A stretch of DNA of 62,965 bases, filler included. It is 8 parts of 8 records of this genome, joined end to end, with 100 filler letters (N's around TTAATTAATTAA, not from the genome) between each part and the next. Parts side by side here need not be neighbours in the genome. Positions count along the whole stretch, not along the records: positions 21,066 to 28,867 come from SRR7504441_1433; positions 28,968 to 33,963 come from SRR7504441_1434; positions 34,064 to 46,135 come from SRR7504441_1438; 5 more parts are not named here. The stretch is one strand, 5' to 3'. The translations under genes were made by a program, and so were the position numbers. Shown here piece by piece: positions 24,596-36,098 of this stretch (the stretch's first letter is position 1; every line of letters begins with the position of its first letter). Below the pieces are notes generated by a model. That model ran no database searches. It was given only the letters and a program-made list of their open reading frames with translations, and was not told the DNA's origin.

Positions 24596-27500
24596 ATGGT
24601 GGCCAAGGGTGGCCACGGCTTCAACGAGGGACCGGTGCCCACAGCTGACATCATCCTGGAGGACCAACCACACACCGCAGAGCCGCTCCCGGCGGCCGAC
24701 CGCGAGTCGATAGCCGAACTGGCGGACGACGAAGAGGCCGGGCTCCTGGAGGAAGAGGCAGGCTATAGCTGGTTCGAGTTTGACGAGGGCCTGCCGTCGA
24801 TAGGCTGGTGCGCGACCCGAGTGCCTGTGGAGGAGGTAGTGGGGTTCGTTGTACTTCAGCTCCGGCGGACCGGTCCGTTGGACGAAGTGCTCCGGGTGGA
24901 CTATCGCACGGACGGCCCGGCTGTCGGCCGTTTTGTTCCCAAGCAAAGCAACGTGCTTTTCCCGAAAGGCGTGGCGAACCGGTAGGCGGGCCGGCGGCTG
25001 GCTGGGTGACGACTGTGGGCAGGGCGGTGACCATACGGGTGCTTGATGATCAGTTCGAGGACCAGCCGGACCAGGAGAGCTTCTTAGTTCGGTTGGAGTA
25101 TCCCAGGACATCGCCTTTTGACGCGCTTGGAGACTTCCCACCCATAGTGAATCCGGTGGTCGAGGTGGTGGTGGAGGACATTGATGCGTTCCACAAGAAT
25201 TGGAGCAACCTGATTCTTAAGAGTAGCTGGTTCCAGCTTGCGGCAGTGATCTGCACAATCTACGCCTTGTTCGGATATGAGGCGGTGAGTCAGCCTAGTG
25301 CCCTTCTCAAGCACGAGAGCATGCGCTGGCTCACCGATTGGAGCAGATTGAGGCTTCGGATCCGTATCAGTCTCGAGACGACTACGTGACTCCGCTGACA
25401 GTGATTGCGATCGTTGTGTTCACTGTAGAGTTTGCGCTGTCCTGCCATGCCTCGCCGGGAAAATATGTGCTCGGGTTTATGTTTTGGCTTGACCTCGCCT
25501 CGATCGCTACTTTGATCGTCATTTTGCCGGCCGTCGCTGCGGCATACTCGATGCACTTCTCATCGGGCGTAACTAGGACAGCACGTGTGGCCAGCGCACT
25601 GGCACGGTCGATCCGGACACTCAGGTGTAGATGGCAATACGTGGTGCGATGATCCGATCACAGGTGCGGGGCATTTCTAGGCAAGCTGTTCCGGTTGGCT
25701 GTGGCGCTGCTGACTGCATGGCAAATCCATAAAGCTAAGAATCAGCTGCTGGAGGTCGGATGTCCCAATGCCAAGCTGCTCAGGCTATTTTGCAGGACGT
25801 GCAGAGACAGGAGGCCGAGAACGCTGTGGAGAGCGCTGAAAAGGCTGTCAAGGCGGCCATAGAGGAGGTCGAGGCCGCGGAGGACAAGGTCCAAGATAAA
25901 AAGGAACTGCTGGCGCAGGCTAAGACTGGTCATGAGAAGAGAAGCTCCGAGGCCCAGGTGTGATAGCAATGAGCCTTACCTGGCCCTAGCTGCGTTGATT
26001 GGCACATATTCCTAGCTGGTAATCTGACAGCGGCTAGGTGCTCAAATGGGAGGAGAAGCTCTCGGCATCTGTGTCGATGCGGAGTGATCTTGAAGATGAG
26101 CTGTCCTCGGCCAAGAAGGAACTGGAGACACTTGAAGCTGACTTACTGCAGAAGCAAAAAGAGAGGGAGGAGAAAGTTCAGACGATGAAAGAGCAGGGAA
26201 TCGACGTGGAGATGGAGGATGAGAAGGTGGACTTTGATACCAAGGCTGAGCAGATGACTAACACTGCATCGGATGCTGTAGCCAAGGTGTGGGCTGAGAG
26301 TGCACTGGTATTGACGGGTCAACGGACAGATTGGCTCGTCACTGCTTGAGGCCATGTCTACCAAAGTGATCCTGATGCTACTGCTGACGCTTATTTGCTA
26401 CGTGCTGCTCACAGTGCCTGGGGCAGATGGAGCCCAACAACAGTTCGGCATTGATGTGCTCTACTCATACAGCAGCAGCAATATTGACCCAGTTTACCAG
26501 CAATTTGTGCGAGGGGATCCTCCGGGCTCCTACTTTGACGACATGAGCGAGCTGGTTTACCTAAGAGTGGTGGATGTCGACTATAACAGTGGTCTGGACA
26601 CAGGCAAAGTTGGGAGCTATCATTGGAGTAATTTGGGATACTTTATACCAAACAACGATGGCTATGTTAAACAGGATGCGTGTGATGTGAATTGGCCTGA
26701 TATTAAGGACATTGTGGGCTCGAGCTGCTCGTCGTTTACAGTTTTCAGCTTCTACAAACGAACCAAAGAGCAAGCTCTTTACAACATAATCTTCATCTCA
26801 ATCATCTTATTCATCATGCTCACTGGGCTTGGACTCATGGCGATGGACTTCAACGCGCTCCTTGGTGACTCCTCCTGTGCGACTATCTCAGATCTATCAT
26901 GGCAGGTGGACCTGTTCTTACGATCATCTCTCTCATGAAACGGCTTTCCAAAACTGTGACCCAAGCAGTAGACCAGATCAACCTTTTCGCCGTCAAGCTC
27001 AAAGCAGAAGAGGATGAGGTGTCAATCAACACAAAATGGCTCTAACAGGGCTGTAGGTGCAGGACTCGCCTGAGCAGTCAGATCCCATGGAGGTGCTCGT
27101 CCAGAGCAACCCCCATTTGGCTGCGTTTGACCCAGAGGCCGATACATCTACAATGAACTTTGATCAACTGCAGTGGCACAAGGCGGCTTTGGATCAGCTG
27201 GAGGAAGTCAAATCGAGCATAGTGAAGCTCAAGACAATGGCAGAGCGGTATGAGACCATGGACCCCACAGAGCACGGGGCTGTTGTTCTCTCGGATATCA
27301 AGATGATGTCAATTGGGGTTCATAAAGAGATTCTTCATGTGCTGAGAGAGTTTGAATTGAACTTTACATTCCGGATGGCGTCAGCACGGAACCATGTTGT
27401 GGTGACTCACGAGAACCTCACAGATGCCTGCTCCCAGGTATGTCGCCTGGCTAGAGCCCTAGGTGGTTTGTGTTGACTAGAGCACTGGCAGCTCCAGAAC

Positions 27501-28867
27501 TACTTACACCAGCCACTCAGGAGCCAAGTAGCAGTGACTTTCGCAACGCTTGGAGCACTGAAAGTTGTGCCTGAACCCATGGCTAATATCGTCAGCATTG
27601 CAGAAAAAGTTGCAACTGAGGCTGTCACGGCTGCCAGCGGGCAGATGGATTATATGAATGTGCTGCATGCTGTGACCCAAGCTCTTCCTCCAGAGGTGCG
27701 ACAGCATGCAGATAAATTGCCTCCTACACTAGTTCACATGCTTCTGACCTACCCTGTCGGCTGCACGACTGAGGAAATCCTCGAAGACGCTCGGCGAAGG
27801 AAATTTGGCGGGGATCTGCAGCGATATTTCGAGGTGATGACACCCGAGTTGCTCCACAAGCTACTCACGGCTCAGTCAGTGGACGAGATAAAGCCGCAGC
27901 TTGAGGAACTTTCTGCCCAGGTTACTTGGTTTGGTTGCCCCAGCCAGTGCTGATCTACTTGCATTACAGGTGGACGAAATTGACGACCGAGAGGAGGTGG
28001 CCATAGAGTTGCTGAGCAAAGATATGTCGCTTGTCAGTTCCAACCTGACTGCCGATGCAGTCCCTGGAGACACTGTTTTGCATGTTGCCTGCAACGACGG
28101 GTTCGAGCCTGGAGCAAAGGTGCGGGTTGGAGAAGTGGATTCAGAGCATTGTGAGGAAGTGGTAGTGGCTGAACTTGGATCGCTGATTCTCGAAACGCCT
28201 CTGAGCCACGCTCACGGGGATGGCGATCCAGTAACGCTCATCCCAGCCAACTGTCCACCTGAGCCAATTCCCGATATCACTTCTGAGCAGGCTGTCCACG
28301 CTCTGATTGCTGCTCGCAGAGCGTATAGCTCGATCACGGTGAACGTTGGGTCGGTCATCTCGCAGAAGGGGCTGCCTGAGGACAAAGCCGGTGGGACCAT
28401 TCTTGCTGTTGCTGTACAGATGCTGTGTGGTCTATTGCGAGACTCGTTGCAGCAAGACCTGGCTGAGTTTGGAGTTACAATCCCTGAGAATATTCCTCTT
28501 GACGTTGTATCGTTGCATCAATTCGCGCTACAAGCCTTTGCAAGTGTGGTGGCCACAATTGCAAGAAAGTAAGCAAACTAGCACCCGAGCTTGATCCACC
28601 CATTAATAGTTTTGCAACAGAGTTCTGAGCCATTGATGCCACAGGCATGGACTACCACTACAAAATGAAGCAGCCATCCAGGCTTTCTTAAACGAGAAAG
28701 ATCTATCCGCTCAAGCAGTCCTGCCCTTGTTCACGCAATGTTTGCCATCAGAGTTGCAGCAGCATGTCGATAAAATCCCTCCATCACTCATCCAGGCCGT
28801 GTTGAACTATCCTGACGGCTGCACAGCTGAGGACATTCTGCAGCATGCCCAGCAAAGTGCGCCCCCG
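24596..28867 (+). CDS. Multi-exon membrane protein: Calx-beta, voltage-sensor-like TM bundle, coiled coil, pore-like TM pair and C-terminal repeats; 3' truncated
   Basis: Calx-beta (VLRVDYRT...VTIRVLDD...ESFLVRLE); EFALSC...YVLGFMFWLDLASI; S4-like RTARVASALARSIRTLR; KIGSSLLEAMSTKVILML; EQALYNIIF...DFNALL. Confidence 0.7.
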
Positions 28868-28967
28868 NNNNNNNNNNNNNNNNNNNNNNNNNNNNNNNNN
28901 NNNNNNNNNNNTTAATTAATTAANNNNNNNNNNNNNNNNNNNNNNNNNNNNNNNNNNNNNNNNNNNN
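28868..28967. other. Artificial contig linker
   Basis: N-TTAATTAATTAA-N. Confidence 0.98.
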
Positions 28968-28991
28968 TTATAAGGAAATAACTGTTAACAC

Positions 28992-31732
28992 AGGTACTGC
29001 GGCAAGCGGCTTCTCCCACGCACCTTGATAGCGCACCAGCAATATTTCTGTGGCCCGGATGCGGAGCGGACCGAGAAACTGAAAAAGCGGGAAAAGAAGC
29101 AGAAGCTGGCGGCTGGCAAGGCGATGGAAACGCTCAAAATCACAAGAAAGGGCGAGATCCCCGAGCCTCGGGGCCCACCTACCATGTCCAACGTCTACAA
29201 AGAGCTCATGAACGAAGCGAATCGTACCGATTAAATCCGGGCTGGGCTGAGCTGAGGCAGGCAAACCGGTGTCGATGTTTGAAAAGGCTGAGCCGGCCAA
29301 GCTGGAGATAGCGTGCTGCGTGTGCGAGGACGGGACTGATAAACCGACCGACCAGATTGTGCTGTGCGACGGCTGTGACCGGTCAGTCCGCTTGGCTCGC
29401 TGTTGAACTGACCGAGTCGGCCGGCAGCGGGTTTCACCAGCAGTGCTGCACTCCAGCGCTAAAGCAGATCCCTGAGGGCCCGTGGTACTGTTTAAGCTGC
29501 TCCGAGCCTACGCCTCGCCAGCCGGAGATCAAGTGCGTGGTGATAGACGAGAAGACGTCCAAACGAGCGAGCAAGCCGGCCAAAAAGCGCAAGGGACCTG
29601 ACCAGACTGCTGCATGGGAGGAGGCGATGGAGGAGGCAGCACTGGCCAACGGCGGGCTGAGTAACGAGGCTATAGACAGAGAAGTATGTGCTCGGGTAGG
29701 TGGCGGCCGATGGGCTGGCAGGTGGAGAGATCGTCGTTGCTGCACTCGATTCGCTGGCTCCGGATCATGCTCGACGAGGCCCACAAGATCAAAGCGCGGA
29801 CTACCAGCACCGCCAAGGCAATTTACGGGCTCCAGTCCGAGCTCAAATGGTGCATCACAGGCATGATCTGCCCGATTTGCTTGCGCTTGCCAGCCGGTGT
29901 TGGGGCAGGCACTCCGCTACAGAACCGAGTGGGCGACTTGTATTCGTTGGTGCGCTTCCTCAAAGTGGAGCCGTTTGCCTATTACTATTGCAAGCACAAG
30001 GACTGCAGCTGCAAGTCTGTCTGCTGGCAATTTGGGCCCAAACAGAAAGCATGCGAGGAATGCGGGTATATCTGGCTCAGCCGCCGGCTTAATAATATGG
30101 TCTACAGGCACACTCCGATGAAGCACTATTCGTTCTTCAACAAGAACGTTATCAATCCGATCAAGCGGTACGGTTACGTCGGCGAGGGCAAGCAGGCACT
30201 AGTGATGCTCCAAGAGCAGGCTGATCTGCCCAGTTGGCCAGACTGAGCTGCTGGCAGGTCCTCGGGCAGATCAACCTCCGCCGGACAAAGCAGGCCCGCG
30301 CAAATGAGATTAATCTGCCACCACTCACAATCAAGATCCGGCACCAGGAGCTCGACACTGCCGAGCGAGATTTCTACGAAAGCCTCTACAAGACTTCGAT
30401 GACGCAGGCACTCGGCCGTTGTTGTGTCCGGCTGAGCTTGAGACTTTCGGGTGCCAGTTTGAGACGTTCTGCGCCAAAGGGACTGTGCTGCACAACTATG
30501 CTCACATCTTCGACCTCCTGGCCAAGCTGCGTCAGGCGGTGGACCACCCATATCTGGTGGTGCACAACAAGCCATTCAAGGCCAAACCGAAGGCCAAGCC
30601 GAGCCCAGCCCCAGTACGCGACATCTGCGCCATCTGTCAAGACCAGATCATCGCCACTGAGGTGAGCGCTCGTCGGTCCAGGCTGAGCGTTAGGTGCAGG
30701 TGGCGGCTGCAGCGTGCAAGCACTGCTTTCACCCGCAGTGCCTGAACGAGTACATCGAGTCTGCTCCAACCGAGGACGGAGTCGGCTGTCCTGCCTGCTA
30801 CCAGCCGCTCTCTGTGGACATCAGACCTGCAGTAGAGCTCGAACCGGCCCAGCACGAGCAGCCGGCCGGGCCCACGTTCGGTGCACGCCCGGTGTTGGCT
30901 GGTGGACTGGGCCACAGGGAAGTCGAGTATCCTTCACGACGTCGATCTGAGTCAATTCCAGTCAAGCACTAAGGTGGAGGCTGTGCTCGAGGAAGTTCAG
31001 GTCGCCGCACACTAGATCATCCGGTCGAGTGCGCAGCAGGTGATGGTGGCCGGCTCGGACGACTCCAAGGCGATCGTATTCTCGCAGTACACAAAGATGG
31101 TCGGTCAGCCATCCAGCGCTTGGGCACCACCGCTGGTCAGGTGGACATCCTGGAGTGGCGGCTGTCCAAGTCCGGGATCAAGTGCGTCAAGCTGCTCGGC
31201 TCACAGCCCCTCCAGATGCGCCGGTGCCACCAGCAACGGCCGTTTGGAATGGGCGACAGGGCTGTGCTCCACGCGTTCAAGATCGACCCGTCGATCCGCG
31301 TGATCCTGATGAGTCTGAAGGCGGGCGGTGAAGGTCTCAACCTGCAGGTGTGCCTATATAACTATATAGTTATATAGCTGTATAGGTATATACTATAGTA
31401 GTAGTATATAGTTACAGGCGGTGAGGGTCTCAACCTGCAGTGTGCCGACCACGTGATCGTGTGCGACCCTTGGTGGAACCCTGCTGTCGAGGCGCAGGCG
31501 ATTCAGCGGGCGCACCGCATAGGCCAGACCAAGCCGGTGACTGCGGTGCGTTTGATCACCAAAGGCACCATCGAGGAGCGAATGCTAGAACTACAGGAGA
31601 AGAAGCAACTAGTCTTCAACGGTGCGGCCCAGGTAGGCTGTCGGCGCATGATTGACAGGGACTGTGGACGCTGAGGCTGGCTCGTTGGCCAAACTGAGCA
31701 AGGAGGACATTGAATTCCTCTTCAAGAACTAG
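28992..31732 (+). CDS. RAD16: RAD16-like SNF2 ATPase/RING E3 with an inserted PHD finger; 5' truncated; ~13 introns
   Basis: YCGK...[67 protein letters not shown]...CKHCFHPQC...[32 protein letters not shown]. Confidence 0.9.
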
Positions 31733-31934
31733 ACCAGAGCATGACGCACTCGCACATATGCTCCCCACGTACGTACATGGGTGTTGTAGAAATGAGATTT
31801 AAGGCAACGGTAGATAATGGTAGATATCTACGCTTACGAAGTACAAACCGCAACGCTCCGACTTTAGAACCGATAAATGTACTCAGATATATATGATTAC
31901 ATGTATGCTGAAAAATGTAAGCACATGATGCTCA

Positions 31935-32852
31935 TTACTTTTTTAGGCTGTTCATGGCACCCAGCAGCCCTTGGCCGGCCAGCCATTGTGCTGCCCTGTC
32001 GGTCCAAGTACACACCTCCTTATTGAGTGAGCATAGCCCAAACCCGTGCCCTCCCGTCGGGTAGAGGTGCATCTCAGCTTTGACCGCCGCGGCCTTGAGC
32101 CCGAGATAGTAGAAGATCGAGTTCTCCACCTGGACCGGATCGTCCTCAGCCTGTGCCAGGAAGCTGTCCGGAGTCCGGCTTGTGATAGGCATGCTCAGCG
32201 TGTGGTTCGGACCACGATCCTGGCAATTAGAGCCGTACCGCCAGCCGTCGCTTGAACCAATCACGCACCACGGGTACAGCAGCATTGCGAAGTCCGGCCG
32301 GCAGCTCAGATCGTCGGCGGCGTCCACGCGTGCGTAGCTTCGCTGACTGAAGCTGTTAGATACATGGGCTGACAAGTGCGCGCCGGCGGAGAACCCGATC
32401 ACGCCAACCTTGCTGCTCGGGTGCCAGCTGCGCACCAGCCCGAGCGCGCGTTGGACGTCCATCAGCTGAGCCCCGCCGAACGGCAGCCAGGACCGGAGCG
32501 GCACCCGGTACTTGAGAATGTACACCGAGATGTTCAGTCGGTTGAGCCAGCGGGCCGCGCTCTCGCCTTCCAGCTCCCAGGAGAGATGCGTGTAGGCCCC
32601 ACCGGGCGAGACCACCACTACCGTGCTGGCGTTTGGGGCCAGTCGGGGGTAGAGGGCGGGGGCGTGGACATTGTAGAACGAGCCGCCGTATTTGGGCGAC
32701 CAGGCCTCCGGCCCGACGCTCCCACTTCGTTCGCCGGGGACCTGGCCGGGAGGGAAGATGGCGGTGCCATTGGTGGGCGCTGGGCCGCTGAGAGGTCCAG
32801 CAGCCCGGGCAGCAACCACGGCAGCAGCAAGAAGCACGCTGATGAGGCGCAT
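31935..32852 (-). CDS. Secreted alpha/beta hydrolase (BD-FAE / acetyl-xylan esterase-like), intronless, bacterial-like
   Basis: Signal peptide MRLISVLLAAAVV; PGGAY, EG...ARWLN, LKYRVP, DVQRAL, GFSAGAHL, RPDFAMLLYP, EDDPV, EMHLYPTGGHGFG. Confidence 0.88.
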   Translation of the reverse strand: MRLISVLLAAAVVAARAAGPLSGPAPTNGTAIFPPGQVPGERSGSVGPEAWSPKYGGSFYNVHAPALYPRLAPNASTVVVVSPGGAYTHLSWELEGESAARWLNRLNISVYILKYRVPLRSWLPFGGAQLMDVQRALGLVRSWHPSSKVGVIGFSAGAHLSAHVSNSFSQRSYARVDAADDLSCRPDFAMLLYPWCVIGSSDGWRYGSNCQDRGPNHTLSMPITSRTPDSFLAQAEDDPVQVENSIFYYLGLKAAAVKAEMHLYPTGGHGFGLCSLNKEVCTWTDRAAQWLAGQGLLGAMNSLKK

Positions 32853-32895
32853 GGAGGGAATAAAAAAATTGTCTTCTCCAGACTGTCTCCACGCC

Positions 32896-33963
32896 ATGGT
32901 GTCAAGGATTCTGCTGCTGCTGCTTTGCGTTGCGCCTCTCGCCAGTGGGCACGGAGCCATGGTCCACCCGCGGTCGAGGAACAGCATCGACTGGCTGGTG
33001 GGCGTCAACTCAGCCCCGTGCTCCAACCTCACCGGTGCCAAGTGCCAGAACGGCCAGGCCTCCTTCTGGTACTCCCAAGGCTGCTTCATCGGCTGCCCCG
33101 CCTGCGACAACAAGTCCGGCCGTCGTCAGGTCGACCTGTGCGGTCTCGGAAAGCAACAGACCCTCACAGACCCCAAGTTCTGGTCGGTTGGCCGCGACGC
33201 CAAGCCGGGATCGCCTCAGGATATATACCGGCACAACCCCTGGCGGGCCCCGGGCTCGGCTCCGGTGATGGACGCCTGTGGGCTGGCGGGCGGCGATTAT
33301 CAGAACCACTCGGGTGCCGAGGCCGGCGACTACACCACCACCCCATACGCCCGGCACGGCGACATCGGGACCCACGTGCTGGGCCCGATCCCCGGGTACG
33401 CCCCTCCCACCTACAAAGCGGGCGGGACGGCCGAGGTCACCTGGAGCATGCGGAACAACCACGGCGGCGGGTATCAGTACAGGCTGTGCGCTCTGCCCGA
33501 CAACTTTACTGAGCTTACTGAAGAGTGAGATTTAATTATAATTTAATTAATTCACTTGGCAGGTGCTTCCAGAAGACTCCTTTGGAGTTCGTGCGGGATG
33601 AGCAGATGATAGTATTCCCTAACGGGAGCAAGCTCAAGCATCCGAGCCCCACTTTTGTGGATCAGGGCACCATGCCTGCGGGCAGCACCTGGTCGCTCAT
33701 TCCCATGCCGCCCACCCTGCTAGGCCCTTGCTGCCTGCCTGGCACTCACGACAATGACGACACGCCCAACCGATGCCTGGCTGGCGAGGGCGGTGTGGCG
33801 GCATGCAATGACAAGAACAATTCGCTGTACCAGAACAACTGCGCGCCTTGCCCGGGCACCCCCGGGTCGGACTGCTCTCGCTGCGACCAGGTGTCCTCGA
33901 TCAAGCCAGACAGGTACAAGAATGCACTAGTAGTAGTACTAGTATTACTACTAGTAGTATAGT
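32896..33963 (+). CDS. Secreted AA15-like lytic polysaccharide monooxygenase, 3' truncated
   Basis: Signal peptide ending ASG followed by His1 (HGAMVHPRSRN); NPWRAPG.APV.DACG; NNHGGGYQYRLC second His; intron 33525-33562. Confidence 0.8.
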
Positions 33964-34063
33964 NNNNNNNNNNNNNNNNNNNNNNNNNNNNNNNNNNNNN
34001 NNNNNNNTTAATTAATTAANNNNNNNNNNNNNNNNNNNNNNNNNNNNNNNNNNNNNNNNNNNN
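33964..34063. other. Artificial contig linker
   Basis: N-TTAATTAATTAA-N. Confidence 0.98.
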
Positions 34064-34204
34064 GTTCCTCGCGCTCGGGTGCACTGGTGGCAGCCCCACC
34101 TCGGGTGATCCCGCGAGCGCGCTGATCCCGGATGCTAATTAGGCCAGGCGGTGATATGCTGGCTCAGCTGGCTTACCGGTGGGCGCAGACCTGTGAGCCA
34201 GCAG

Positions 34205-35992
34205 ATGGAGAGCGAAGGCAACCCACTCGCTGGGCTGTACGCAGACCTATCCGAGCCGGACCGGCAGGTCGGACCAGGGGTGCTCCCAGTGACGCGTGCG
34301 CAGGTGGATCCGCTGCTGGCCGACGAGCAGCCGGTGGGATGCAGCGCGATGCCTTTTGGCGACCGGGCCAGCCCAGCCGGGGCGGCCAGGGTGCTGAGCA
34401 CGCTCGGGATGAGTGCGATGCTCTTTCTGGAAGTGGGCGGTGGGATTGGGATGGAAGAGGCGGTGCTGTTCGGCGGTCGCTTCTGGGCGCTGGCGGCGAT
34501 CCTGGCGGCGCCCATACTAATCTCGGTGCCCATTGCCCTGGTATGCACAGTGATTTGCGCAGCCTTGACGCCTTGACCAGGTAACGGCTGAACTTGCCAC
34601 AATGCTGCCGGAGAACGGCGGTAGTGTCATGTGGGCGCAGCACGCCCTAGGTCCGTTCTGGAGTTTCGTAGCCGGTGTCACATGCTACTTTGCAAGCGTG
34701 GTGGATGTTGCCACCATGGCCGTGCTGGCCGTGGACTACCTTGCTAGAGGCCACCCCGAGCTTCAGGCCCTGCCATTCCTGCAGCTGGTGATGGCTCTGG
34801 CAGTAATCGCTGCCAGCACGGGGTTCCTGGCGGGTGCTCTTCTGGGCCACTAATTGGGGGCAGGATCAACCTGCGGAGCATCACCTGTGTAGCCTCGGTA
34901 GCTACGGTGATTCTAGCTGCCTCTGTATTTCCTTTGTTTGTGGTGGTGGCCCTTGGGCTGCCGTATATCGATCCGAATCAGTGGCTTCATCCGCGTCCAA
35001 TTTCCAAAGTCAATCCGGGCAAATTCCTGGCCATCCTCATTTGGAACATGAGTGGTTATGATATGGCCGGAGCATGCGCTGGAGAGGTTCGTCTACTACT
35101 CCAGTCCACCGCTTAACCTTTGACGTGCAGGTCGAAGATCCAGCTAGACAGTTCCCAAGGTCTCTCACCATTGTGATTATTCTCAACACGTTGTGCTACT
35201 GGGCGCCGCTGGCTGTCGGTGTCTGCACCCCGCCTGGGTCGAATGAAGACATGTAACTCTGGATTTGTGCCCTGCTTAGCTCCTGCAGGTGGCTGGATGG
35301 CTATTTGATGACCGGAATAGCGCCATTCGTTGGTGGTCACACTTTTGGGTCGTGTGCGCAAGCATGCTCCGCAATGTCAGCACTGGGAATGACCACGACT
35401 GCTATCACAGTTGCTGCTAGGGAGCTTCAATATATGGCCGACAACGGCCAGTTCCCCGAGGTCACCATTTGCTTGGCAGTCTGCCATCCACTTTTGCGCA
35501 GGTGTTAAGTTACACTCACCCAGAATGGCAAACCCCTGTCGGTACAATACTATGGACCTGCTTGGTTTGACAACTCACACTGCCAGCATCTCAACATTGG
35601 TGGGCAGGGATCTGCAATGGTAGCATGCTTGCCCTTTGATGAGTTGGTTGAAATGTCGAACGCGGCGGGTGCCATTGCATATCTCATAGAATTTGCCAGC
35701 TTTCTGAAGCTGCGAAAGGTAGCCTACCATGGTTTAAAAATGAGCGGCATCCTATGTGCAGGACCGGCCCCATGAAGCCCGGCCAATCGCTGTGCCGTTT
35801 GGGTTCAATGCTTGCGTTATAATGCTTGTCCCTTCGGCGTTTGCGTTCTCATTTTGCATCATCTTTCAGTCACGGCGTTCACTCATGCTACTGACGTTGT
35901 ATTTGATCTGCATGTTTGTATACTACGCTCTCTCACAAACTAGTGAAGACCGGAACAAAGTTGAGCTAAGGCGCATGATCCGACTTATGTAG
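34205..35992 (+). CDS. APC-superfamily amino acid/polyamine permease (PUT/LAT-like), about seven introns
   Basis: FLEVGGG.GMEEAV, PIALV|TAELATMLPENGG..WA..ALGPFW, WNMSGYD.AG..AGE|VEDP.RQFPR, IEFASFLKLR...RP. Confidence 0.88.
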
Positions 35993-36098
35993 TTGACCGA
36001 CGACCAGGGTAGATATCTCTCAAGTATAGTAGAGATCGCCTTTTGAGTCGGAGTATTTTGTGATATTTTTTAAGCGTTTTATATCCTTTTAAAAGTAA

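Noticed and set aside
32376-33512. Long overlapping or antisense ORFs in GC-rich regions (also 311-904, 23069-24037, 59949-60818)
   Set aside because: Shadow ORFs of real genes caused by high GC3; Arg/Pro/Ala-rich with no motifs.
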